Part shown: piece after piece, positions 13,086-24,504 of the stretch | Layout: the number at the start of each line of letters is the position of its first letter | Position numbering within the stretch: position 1 is the first letter of the stretch | NCBI RefSeq assembly: GCF_964213995.1 | Contig: NW_027590136.1 | Location: 992,001 to 1,056,000 of the forward strand | Direction of reading: 5' to 3' | DNA from: Mustelus asterias | Taxonomy: Eukaryota | Length of the DNA: 64,000 nucleotides | Made by a program: the position numbers and the translations under genes | The notes under the pieces: model-generated | Told to the model about the DNA's origin: nothing | Database searches by the model: none | The model's input: only the letters and a program-made list of their open reading frames with translations

Positions 13086-14647
13086 TGAAGAGACTTCTGT
13101 CGATTTACTTGTTTGGCACTGGTTGTATCAGAAATGCGGGCGGAGCTATGGGCGTTGTGCGGGCGTGAGTCTGCAGTTCCACTCCAGGAGAATACTTCCT
13201 GAACTGCAGCGTTACTGATTCGGGAGAAGGAAGCAGAGGCACAGCAGTCAATATTTTTCACTTTTTCAATTCGCGTTTCCTTCCCAATGAAAAGTGAAGA
13301 ACATGCTGTTATCCTGACTGTTGTAATTTAGGTATTGCTATTCGTCAAATGATGACTACTCTTCTTTTAAAAATTATTAATTGGGCGTCAGTCACAAGAC
13401 CAAGACTTTGTCGATCACTAATTGTCCTCGAAACGGCCTGGGCAATTTGAGAGTTAGTTATATGGTTGTTGATCTGTAGTCACACACAGACCAGGCCAGG
13501 CTAGGAAGGCAGATTTCCTTCCAAAAAGTGCATTAGTGAACCAAGTGGATTTGCAGTGACAACGTTCGCAACCATCAATGCGAGTAGCTTTCAATATCAA
13601 TTAATCACATTTAGATTGAACCAGCTGCTGGGGTAGAATTTTGACTGCTTTTATCCAAAATCGAATTTAAGTGTAACCAGTTGATATGATGGGATTGAAC
13701 TACTTTTCCCAAAGCATAATTCTGGGTCCCTGAACTGCTTGTCCAGTGACCCCATGTTGATAATGATTAAGAAGAAAAAGCGGAAGTTCTTGAAGTTGAC
13801 TCTTCCCAGGATATTATATGAAAATGGGGCCACAAAGTGCATCTTGTTGTCCCTGAGTTGACCTTTGAAAAGGCAGTGTCATAATTAGCTGCACCCATGA
13901 CAATTTGATATCCTAACCCTACTGATTTCAGGCATGGTCAGGTTTCAGTACAGCATCCACAGTACGCGTTTTACATTAGCTCAGGAACAATAAACAGGCA
14001 ACTAGAGTTCACTGATCGATTTCCCTGTTCCTTTAGTAAAACAACGACGATTGCAAAGCCCATCCACCGATATCTGAACATTGGAACATAAAACTTAGGC
14101 TGCCTGCGAATCCGCTCGACCCTTCAGTCAGATTACAGTTCATCTGATCTTCCTTTTAAATCCACTTTACTGCATTGATCCTCATGAACCGTGACATAAA
14201 TTTTAGTTAAAATGTTTGTTTTACTCAGCTTTAAAATTTTTCTGTGGCCCTCAGCCTTCACCGTTCTCTGGACTCTCACTGGAGTCTCAGGCACGAATGC
14301 TCGGATGCTAAAGCTAAGAGAATGTGCACAGAACACTGATTGGAAATCCACCAAATCCATCAACACTCCTTGCCCTTCCGTTCCAATAACAAAATGAAGG
14401 TATTTTTCTTGATATCCCGTTTCCAAAGCGGAACAAATCGCCCAACAGGGACACCGCACAGATTACAAGTTGGAGAGCTTCCATTCACTGACTGTCATCT
14501 TATCAACTACCAATCTCACGGTGGCACTGGTGAGACACGGAATTGACGCATGAGCATTCTGAGACACGTCATCAGATTATTAAGGGTGGGGATTAGAATG
14601 GGTTTCTTCAAATATCCGATTCCCCCTTTACAGAGCGGACAGAGACA

Positions 14648-15106
14648 ATGCGGGTACTCGGCATCTGGATTGTGTGGGGGGCATTTCTAACAGGTATTTC
14701 TGGACATCACGTATGTTTTCTCATTTCCAAAACTTGGGTTGAATCTTACTGTTGAGTGCACGTGACTCTATTCTTTATCTATTTGAACATATTTTCCAGG
14801 TCTGACCCATGGAGATTCTGTCACTCAGTCGCTGTCCTCAGATGTTAAGACAGAAGGAGACGCGGTGACATTAAACTGCAACTATGATACTGCAGAAACC
14901 AGCTATAATTTATACTGGTACCGACAGCATCCAGACTCCCAGCCCGAGTACATTCTGAGGAAGTATTCGGGGGGTTATGAAGATAAAGCAGATTTTGCTA
15001 AAATCCGTTTCTCGACTGATCTCCAGACCTCGAAGAAATCCATCAGTTTGACTATCTCGGATCTGCAGTTGTCTGACGCAGCCGCGTATTACTGCGCTTT
15101 CAGCAT
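14648..15106 (+). CDS. Intact germline T-cell receptor alpha/delta variable (TRAV/TRDV-type) gene segment; leader exon 14648-14693, V exon 14800-15106
   Basis: Leader MRVLGIWIVWGAFLT(G), phase-1 GT..AG intron, V domain GDSVTQ..VTLNC..LYWYRQ..RFS..LTISDLQLSDAAAYYCAFS with invariant Cys/Trp/Cys; open frame. Confidence 0.93.
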
Positions 15107-15145
15107 CACAGTGATGGAAAGCAGTCTGACTCCTGTACAAAAACT
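15107..15145 (+). other. Canonical 23-bp-spacer recombination signal sequence
   Basis: CACAGTG (15107-15113) + 23 nt + ACAAAAACT (15137-15145). Confidence 0.95.
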
Positions 15146-15522
15146 GTCTCAGCAAGGCAAGTGAGAGCTCCTCTCTACTGTATAGAACCTCTGGCAGATG
15201 CAGCCACAATGAGCAGCGGCGCTGTCAGCCGCTCAAACATGCGCTGACAGGAAACCATGTTAACCTCGGATCAACTGTCAGCCAACTGTTTCCAGGAGAG
15301 GCTGAGAAAACAAACTGCAGAATCAATTAGGCCGACAGGTCCATCACATAGTCAATGCGTCAATTAAATCGTCCCTTCTGCTACTAATCAGTTCTGTATT
15401 CCTCTATAATCAAATCTGGATTTTAAAATCAAGCCGAGAAATAGATTGCTAACACCAAATATTAGTCAAACCTCGCCGTCAATTGTCACACAGACAGCAG
15501 ACATACAGCTTACCATGTTTGT

Positions 15523-15607
15523 GGCTCGTTGGTCTGGGGTATGATTCTCGCTTGGGACAATTGCATTTAGATGCGATAGAACTTGGGTTCGTATCCTGGC
15601 CGAGCCT
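15523..15607 (+). tRNA. tRNA-Pro-like gene, probably a pseudogene, with a 14-15 nt insert at the canonical intron position
   Basis: GGCTCGTTGGTCTGGGGTATGATTCTCGCTTGGG matches vertebrate tRNA-Pro; insert ACAATTGCATTTAGA; then TGCGA..GGGTTCGTATCC..CGAGCC and a T6 run. T-arm and stem mismatches. Confidence 0.75.
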
Positions 15608-16106
15608 AAAAAACTTTTTTATGAATAGGATGGGAATCCCGGAAGGGTCGGGGGTTTAAGTTCAGTCGGGCAGCATGGTTGGTGCAGGCTTGGAGGGCCG
15701 AAGGGCCTGTTCCTGTGCTGTAATTTTCTTTGATCTTTGTTCCTCTGATTCCGAAGTCCCTATTAAATAGAAACATTCACAGTTTACAAATAAACAGAAC
15801 AGAAACCTCCCTCGAAACACATCATGATATTCTCCAATAATAGGTAGCATGAAATTGTTCGAAAATGAACTGATACTGAAGAAAGATTGCCATATTTTCC
15901 CATACAGTCTGTACGACGAATGTAAGAAAGAACATGTATGAAAATAGTTGCAGAGATCGGTTACTGAGTGTCACGAACTCAATAGTAGATATATATGAAA
16001 ATTCAATGAGAGAATGAATTAATAGCTTAGGAAGGAGAAAGGAGAATATGCAAAGTAACATTTAGATATGCTGGATAAATAAAACAATCTAATTATCTTT
16101 CCTCGG

Positions 16107-16242
16107 CTGTGACCCCCATGGATTCCACAGACCACATCTGGATTGAAGGCAATGAGGATGACAACAGCAACATCTGGACAACCGCTTCCACATTCATCGT
16201 CCTGTTCTTCCTGAGCATTTTCTACAGCATTTTCTGGTGAAC
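16107..16242 (+). pseudogene. Orphan immunoglobulin heavy-chain transmembrane exon (TM1), damaged
   Basis: Encodes VTPMDSTDHIWIEGNEDDNSNIWTTASTFIVLFFLSIFYS, the IgM/IgW/IgNAR-type acidic spacer and CART motif. Presumed acceptor is mutated (TTTCCTCGG). A frameshift after YS gives IFW*; the shifted frame reads LVN into a GTGAGA donor. Confidence 0.88.
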
Positions 16243-16382
16243 GTGAGATGATTCAATTCACCCACATTTCAAACTGGTAGAAGGGATTGGAAAAATCTCT
16301 AAATGTTTCAGAGATTAAAAACTCTAACATTAATGTCCCGCATCATAAACATCTGCTTCATTGTTGTACCTCTCTTTTACAG

Positions 16383-16797
16383 ATCAAGTGACGGGTTGAA
16401 TTTTGGACGCTGTAGATTTCCCTCGGTGACTCAAACAGTATATTATCTCAGCTTATCATTCTGCACCTGTAACTAAGACAAGCGTGTTCGGTATTTCAGT
16501 TTTCAATATGAAATGTACGAGGGATTTCTTTTTGTTGTAATGCAAACTATAGTTGATAGTTTCCCTGTAGTTTAAATTTCATGTACACATTTTTCTCGTT
16601 TCTTATTCACAATTGTTCATTTCCAGATATGTTTAGCTCCCTTTAATCATTCTTGTGTCTGTAACAGCTGTACATATATTGGACAGCTCGGAGCAGATGT
16701 GTTCTATTCGAAATATGAAGCTAAATCTTTATGTGCACTTTTGTCAACTTTAAAAATAAACTCTTCTATTCAACGTTCTCTGAAAATTTAAAATAAA
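16383..16797 (+). pseudogene. IgH TM2 exon (IK*) with 3' UTR and poly(A) signals
   Basis: CTCTCTTTTACAG|ATC AAG TGA mirrors the VK* TM2 of membrane IgH; AATAAA at 16755 and 16792. Confidence 0.75.
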
Positions 16798-17581
16798 TCT
16801 TGAATGAAAAATCAACCAATTCTGACTTTTCTTAACTCCTTTCGCCAAAGCCCATCGACACAGCTCCATTTTCCGATTACACGGTTACCCCCTTTTCCCA
16901 GAAAGGTATTTTTCCCCCGTCCTGTCTGGGACGTGGCTGAACTCAAGGCTGTTCAGTGAACGAGTCACTGCGCCACCCAGTGAATCATCTGTGTAAGGAC
17001 ACTTCACGTCTGCCTTTTTGATGATAAACTCCAGAGACAGAACGATTGAACAGCGAGGAGAACCTCGGTGATTTGACACATGAACTGGTCGGTCACCTTC
17101 GAGTGTCAAGCAATTCTCAACAGCAAAGGCTCTGCTTCATCAGAGGCCGATACAGCGCAGTATATGGAAGAATAAATCTTCCTTTACACTGTCCCACCTA
17201 ACACTGCAAAGATCGCTGCAATGTTGGGAAGCAGAGTAAAACTCTCTCCCGATTGTCCAATTAATTACTTCAAAGGCAGGGACGCCACCGGCTAGATGAT
17301 AAAACTCGGGGAGAACAGTGGCGTATTAACCATGAGAGACTGGGATGTTTACCGCAAAGACATGTAATCGAGTACACATTTCCAAACGATTGCCAGCGTT
17401 TGGGGCCTATGAGATATACTCGGGGAAAACACGCAGAAATTCCCAGATTCCGAGATCAATCTGAAACAACAAATATGCAGAAATTATGGGAAGTGATCCC
17501 AGAGAATACGGCTTGTTCTGATACCGACACTCCAGCTTCGCATTTTCTCTTAGTGACACAGATAGATATGTTGTCCCCATG

Positions 17582-18830
17582 TCCTGATAAATGCGAAGTG
17601 ATGCATTTTGGTGGGAATAATGTAGGGAGGAGCTACACGATAAATGGAAGAACCATAAAGGGTGCAGAGACGCAGAGGGACCTGGGTGTGCAAGTCCACA
17701 GATCTTTGAAGGTGACGTCACAGGTGGAGAAGGTGGTGAAGAAGGCATATGGCATGCTTGCCTTTATAGGACGGGGCATAGACTATAAAAGTTGGGGTCT
17801 GATGTTGCAGATGTATAGAACGTTGGTTCGGCCGCATTTGGAATACTGCGTCCAGTTCTGGTCGCCACACTACCAGAAGGACGTGGAGGCTTTGGAGAGA
17901 GTACAGAGGAGGTTTACCAGGATGTTGCCTGGTATGGAGGAGCTTGGTTATGAGGAGAGATTGGGGAAACTGGGGTTGTTCTCCTTGGAAAGACGGAGGA
18001 TGAGGGGAGACTTAATAGAGGTGTATAAAATTATGAATGGCAAAGATAGGGTGAACGGTGGGAAGCTTTTCCCCGGGTCGGTGGTGACGTTCACGAGGGG
18101 TCATAGGTTCAAGGTGAAGGGGGGGAGGTTTAACACAGATATCAGAAGGACATATTTTACACAGAGGGTCGTGGGGGCCTGGAATGTGTTGCCGGGCAAG
18201 GTGGTGGAGGCGGACACACTGGGAACGTTTAAGACTTATCGAGACAGCTATATGAACGGAGTGGGAATGGAGGGATACAAAAGAGTGGGCTAGTTTGGAC
18301 CAGGGAGCGGCGCGGGCTAATTGTTCTTTGTTTCTCGTTTCAAGGCTTCATTCTATGATCATCTTGCTGGTGCCAGTACAGAGCGAGACTGCGGATAGTT
18401 GGGAACCTGTCTCGGGGGCAGGGAATTCAGATGGTGTTCGTAAAACAGAAGTGGAAATGAATAGGGTTGGGAAGCATTTTCTGATCAGGGCCAGTGTGAT
18501 CTCCTGGACTCGTTTCGATCGCCACAGGGGGTCGGAGAGGAATTTCCCAGATTTTCTTTTCCCCATATTGGCCCTGGGGTTTTCACTCTGGGTTTTCGCC
18601 TCTCCCTGGAGATCACATGGTCTGGACTGGGGGGGTGGGGGTGAGTTAATAGGTTGTGATGAACAAAGCATCGTAGCTGTGAGGGACAGCTCGGTGGATA
18701 GGATATTAGGATGTAGATAGGCTGGAAAATTGGGCGGGGATCCTGGATTCAGGATTCAATCCTGGACCGGGGAGCGGCGCGGGCTTGGAGGGCCGAAGGG
18801 CCTGTTCCTGTGCTGTATTGTTCTTTGTTC
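17582..18830 (+). mobile_element. 5'-truncated young CR1 with extended 3' UTR
   Basis: Open RT C-terminal frame to 18293; ~470-bp extra segment bounded by a 22-nt direct repeat; TCTTTGT-type tail. Confidence 0.9.
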
Positions 18831-19069
18831 TTTTGGAAATGCACACGCTCCACTTTCTGGTGAACACACAGTGACTGTCTGCTTCAAACTGTCACAGCAT
18901 TGAGTAATTCCAATCCTATCCAAGTCTGTTAAATCCCCTGTTTACCGTCCACATTGAAAAAAGGGCTGAAAGCCCCTTCATATTCAACTGTGCGGTTGTC
19001 GCGGGTAGTGACATCAATTATCATGATAATAGTAACAAGTAATTGACAGAACTGACTGCGACACACACA

Positions 19070-19345
19070 NNNNNNNNNNNNNNNNNNNNNNNNNNNNNNN
19101 NNNNNNNNNNNNNNNNNNNNNNNNNNNNNNNNNNNNNNNNNNNNNNNNNNNNNNNNNNNNNNNNNNNNNNNNNNNNNNNNNNNNNNNNNNNNNNNNNNNN
19201 NNNNNNNNNNNNNNNNNNNNNNNNNNNNNNNNNNNNNNNNNNNNNNNNNNNNNNNNNNNNNNNNNNNNNNNNNNNNNNNNNNNNNNNNNNNNNNNNNNNN
19301 NNNNNNNNNNNNNNNNNNNNNNNNNNNNNNNNNNNNNNNNNNNNN
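19070..19345. other. Assembly gap (276 N)
   Basis: Run of N preceded by (AC)n. Confidence 1.
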
Positions 19346-20334
19346 GGCATTGTCATTAGGAAAGTGGAGGCGACTCAAATCCTTGGCCGACACTGCCGCC
19401 TGCCGCGATCCACTGGATACTGAAAGGGGACATTCCAGACTGCAGGCAATAATTGTGTTTGAGGATAATCAAACACGTACCTATTCGAGTCCCATTTCCC
19501 AGCACTTGGTCCATAGCCTTGCATGCTACGGCGTTTCAAGTGCTCATCTGAATGCAATGTGAGGGGTTGCCGGCTGTACCACCCTTTCACGCGGCCCGTT
19601 CCAGATTGCCACCACCCACTGGGTGGAAGTGTTTTGATCCCAAATCCCCTCTAAATCTGCTGCCCCGTATCTTCAATTCATGTCACCTTGTTATTAACTT
19701 CTCTACTTAAGGGGAAATGTCCCTTCCTATTCACAATATCTATATCCCTCATAATTCTGTACACCTCAATCAGGTCACCCCTCTCCTTATCTGCTTCAAG
19801 GAAAGCAACCCCAGCCTTACCCGGTTCTCTTCATAGCTGGAACGCTTTAGACTAGGCAACATCCTGGTGAACCTCCTCTGCACTTTATCTAGTGTAATTA
19901 CATTCTTCATAGTCTCTCTTAATGTCTAAAAGTCTGTCAGAGCTGATCACACTATGCCTTCCTACTGATCTGTCTGTTCATCATCTGTAAGTTAATTTCT
20001 GTCCATTGACCATGTATCCATTCTGCATGCTAGTCCAATAGTTGATGTGGCTATCAGTCTATCTAACTTTCTAATGTCCATATATCTTATTTGTGTGTTA
20101 GTCAAACTCTGTTTATGAAGCTACCCATTTAACTGTCGAGTGATCATATATTTGTTTCCTGTTTATTCATCAGTTCCTGTGTCTAGAAATCTATCTATCT
20201 AGCTGTCTAGTGACCATATATCTGTTTTGTGTGTTACTGAATGTGTCTAAGAATCTACTTCACATCTGTCTGCCTGTCCATCCCTGTGTTCATGCTGGAA
20301 TTCTACAACACCGACATTGGACAATGCGACGACA

Positions 20335-21662
20335 TAGCACATAGAACATTACAGTGCAGTACAGGCCCTTCGGCCCTCGATGTTGCGCCGACCAGTGAAA
20401 CTAATCTAAAGCCCATCTAATCGACACTATTCCAATATCATCCATATGTTTATCCAATAACCATTTGAATGCTCTTACTGTTGACGAGTCCACTACTGCT
20501 GCAGGCAGGGCATTCCACGCCCTTACTACTCTCTGAGTAAAGAACCTACCTCTAACATCTGTCCTATATCTCTCACCCCTCAATTTAAAGCTATGCCCCC
20601 TCGTGCTAGCGATCACCATCGGAGGAAAAAGGCTCTCACTATCCACCCTCTCTCATCCTCTGATCATCTTGTATGCCTCTATTAAGTCACCTCTAAAACT
20701 TCTTCTCTCTAACGAAAACAACCTCAAGTACCTCAGCCTTTCCTCATACGATTTTCCCACCATACCAGGCAACATCCTGATAAATCTCCTCTGCACCCTT
20801 TCCAACACTTCCACATCTTTCCTATAATGTGGCGACCAGAACTGTACGCAATACTCCAAGTGCGGCCGCACCAGAGTTTTGTACAGTTGCAGCATGACCT
20901 CCTGGCTCTGAAACTCAATCCCTCTACCATTAAAAACTAACACACCGTACGCCTTCTTAACAACCCTATCAACCTGGGTGCCAACTTTCAGGGATCTATG
21001 CACATGGACACCCAGATCCCTCTTTTCATCCACACTACCAAGTATCTTACCATTAGCCCAGTACTCTGTATTCCTGTTACTCCTTCCAAAGTGAATCACC
21101 TCACACTTTTCCGCATTAAACTCCATTTGCCACCTCTCAGCCCAGCTCTGCAGCTTATCTATGTCCCTCGGTAACCTGCCACTTCCCGTCGCACTGTCTA
21201 CAACTCCACCGACTTTAATGTCATCCACAAATTTACTAATCCATCCTTCTACGCCCTCATCCAGGTCATTAATAAAAATGACAAACAGCAGTGGCCCCAA
21301 AACACATCCTTGCGGTACACCACTAGTAACTGAACTCCAGGATGAATATTTCCCATCAACCACCACCCTCTGTCTTCTTACAGCTAGCCAATTCCTGATC
21401 CAAACCACTGTATCACCCTCAATCCCATGTGTCCGTATTTTCTGCAAAAGCTTACCTAGGGAACCTTATCAAACGCTTTGCTGAAATCCATATACACCAC
21501 ACCAACCGCTTTACCCTCATCCACCTCTTTGATCACCTTCTCAAAGAACTCAATAAGGTTTGTGAGGCACGACCTACCCTTCACAAAACCATGCTGATTA
21601 TCCCTAATCAAATTATTCCTTTCTAGGTGATTATAAATCCGATCTCTTATAATCCCTTCCAA
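20335..21662 (-). mobile_element. CR1 LINE RT portion and tail
   Basis: QHGFVKGRSCLTNL, YMDFSKAFDKVP, SGVPQG, RPHLEYC on the minus strand. Confidence 0.93.
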
Positions 21663-23354
21663 TCATGCCGAGAGTTTCCATTGCCTGGGAGAGGAACGTG
21701 CAGTTTAAGTAGAGACTGTTGCCCGGGATGCGCCAGTGTGTGTGTTTAAGACGCAAAAGTAGGGGAATTAAGGGTTATGGGAGCAGGCGGGTAAGTGGAA
21801 CTGATTCACTTCAGATCAGCCATGATCTTATTGAATGGCGGGGCAGGCTCGAGGGGCTAGATGGCCTACTCCTGCTCCTATTTCTTATGTTCTTATGTAG
21901 AAGTATTTCCTGGAGTCCTCAGCTGTCACCGGTGCAACTGTCAGACTGATGATTCTGTAAGTTTTGCTCAGGGAGGAGGAAAAGCGACGCCTGGAAAATG
22001 TGGCGCTGTCGCTGAAACCGTCGGTGCAGCGGACGAGAATATACTCGGGACTCCCTCCCCCATGGCTGGGTGGAGAGGTTCCCGGTACCAGACCAAGCAA
22101 GCCCTCTCCACCTCTGTGGAGGAGCAGGCGATGGTCATGGTGGCTCCCTGCTGGACCCTCACCTCTGCCTCTGGCTGGTGTATGACTGCGGATGCAGCCA
22201 GGCTACCTGAAGGATAGAGAAAATTAGAATTAAGTGGAGGTTCCAGCCACTCTATCGATTTGAAGCTGGGGAGGTGCGAGGGAGGGGGAGGATAGGGTCG
22301 GCCCAATGGAGGGTGGCCCCAGCTTCCTCTGTAGGCATCGTGCTGCCCTTGGAGGTAGCCAGCAGTCGCGGTTATGCCCTGTGAGTGCATCAGTACCATT
22401 GCACGAAGCTGAGCAGGAGGGTGGTGCTCCTTGGTGTGCCGCCTGGCCAGAGACTTGAAGGATTAAGGTCTGGCTAGATCAATATCTACAACATGTATCC
22501 AAAACCAAATGAGGTGTGGGATGGAATTTGAGTTGATACCCGACCATGTTTTTAATTCGATGGCAGCATTTCAAATTTGTTAACGCAGAAACAGGCCATT
22601 CGGCCCATGGGCTTTTGCTGGCGTTTATTCACCCCAACTCCACTTCTTCTCAAACTATCAGATTTGATGCCTATTACTCTTTCTCTCCACCTGAAAGCCT
22701 CCCTGTGATATATAAACACTGTTCATGTCACATAGTCCATGTTCTACAGTTCCACGTTCTCACCATTCACTTAAGGAATTAAAACATGCTTCGCCTAAAT
22801 CCCACACTAATGGCTCTGTGATTTGTTCTGTCCTGGGATATGAGTCGCGAGACTGAGCCAGTATTTACTGCCCCTGCTTAATTGCCCCCCTTGAGAAGAG
22901 AGTGAGGAGCTGCCTTCCTGGAGTGCTGTGTGTCCAGGTGCACAAGGTACACTCAACAGTACTTTTAGGGGGAAAGTGATGTCCCCCATGGTTTTGACCC
23001 AGCGACAGTCGCAGAAAGGTGATTTTAGCTTCATGGATGTGTGTGGATTGGAGGGAATACTGCAGGCGATGCTTTTCGTGTCCATATGCATCAAATTTAT
23101 TTCCAAGTGCTGGATGTTTTGGGTTCGGAAGGCAGTGTCGAAGGAGTGTTTGGTGAACTGTTCATATCTATGATAGGTTTGCCTTTTCTCACTACTGAAG
23201 TTTTTAAATAACTATTTGTAAAATTCCAATCATTAAGTAAACTCAGTCACTAGTAATATTGCTGTGTACTTGTCTCGAAAGATCAACATTAAATATAAGA
23301 GTATAAAATAATTTATTGAAACGAAATCAATGAGAATCACTAAATTAACTTGAT

Positions 23355-23648
23355 TTATCAGTGTCACAAGTAGGCTTACATTAACATTGCAATAAAGTTA
23401 CTGTGAAAATCTGCCAGTCGCCACACTCCAGCGCCTGTTCGGTTACACTGAGGGAGAGATTAGCACGGCCAGTGTACCTAATCAGTACATCTTTCGGACT
23501 GCAGGAGGAAACCAGAGCACCCAGAGCAAACTCACGCAGACATGAGAGAAACATGCAGACTCTGCACAGTGACCCAAGCCGGTAATCAAATCCGGGTCCC
23601 TGGCGCTGTGAGGCAGCAGTGCTAAACAATGTGCCAAAATGCCGCCCC
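23355..23648 (-). mobile_element. V-SINE subfamily copy
   Basis: tRNA-like head, V-core and CAGTAACTT..TTGCA..GTTAATGTAAGCC tail, as at 42590-42877. Confidence 0.8.
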
Positions 23649-24504
23649 TAATAATTAATTAAATCAACCACTGCGTATATTGCTCTACTTTTTCTCCAAA
23701 AAACAACATTCAGTGTGGAAGAATAAAATACTTTCTTGAGAGGTAATCAAGGAGAATCTGAAGTGTTACGCAACTGAGATGATTGCTGCTTAACCCTCGT
23801 GGGTGATCCATCTGCAAGTTGTATTTGCAATGCTTAGAATAGTGCAATATATCTTGACTCGCTTCTTCATAGTGAGGAACAGGCCTGAAGAGGAAGTGCA
23901 GTTTTTCGACTTCCACTGAAATAGGAACTATAAAGCCAGCTTGTTTGTAAATGATGTGTTACCAAAATCTTGATAATAAGAGTGGAGTCAATGGAGAATG
24001 CGACGGTCATCGAAAAAGTTACTGAATGAACCAATTGAGAAGCTTGAATTAGGAACAGCGTGTGAGACTGGGTTGTCACTATGTCCACTGTAATGGAAGT
24101 GAGACCGAGCACATTGACAGATAAGAGCGTGATAGAGGACAGTGAAACAGAGACACCAAGAGAGGGGGGGGGGGGGGGGGGTGAACATTTTGTTGGCTTT
24201 CCTGCCACCTGCTGGAAGAAATAAGAATTTCTCCATCAGCAATCTCCTGCTTTGCTTTGGAACACAGTAGTTACTTCTGAAATCTTTTCAGAAGGGCGTT
24301 GCAGAAACACGGCTGTGATCATTAAATAGCGGCACGGTGTAAAAGATTAATTGCAGCGAAAAGGCAAGACTCGCAAGAAGGCAGTCATACCCAAACACAA
24401 GCACACAGACACAGAAACACACAGAGTCTCTCACTTCCAGCAATCTCCCTCTGTTGGACTCTCTTCTTATTTCACATATATACTCACACACACTATCTTG
24501 CATT

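Noticed and set aside
14800-15106. NARTCR supporting V-delta or IgH-type V
   Set aside because: It has its own leader exon, no extra CDR1 cysteine and a TCR-like WYRQ framework.
18835-18905. Possible D segment (CACTTTC-TGGTGAACA-CACAGTG)
   Set aside because: Only one good heptamer; no acceptable nonamer at 12 or 23 spacing on either side.
18929-19423. ORFs spanning the N run
   Set aside because: Artefacts of the assembly gap.
21900-22460. GC-rich ORFs, possible Harbinger Myb/SANT relic
   Set aside because: Only vague similarity; cannot be supported without a database search.
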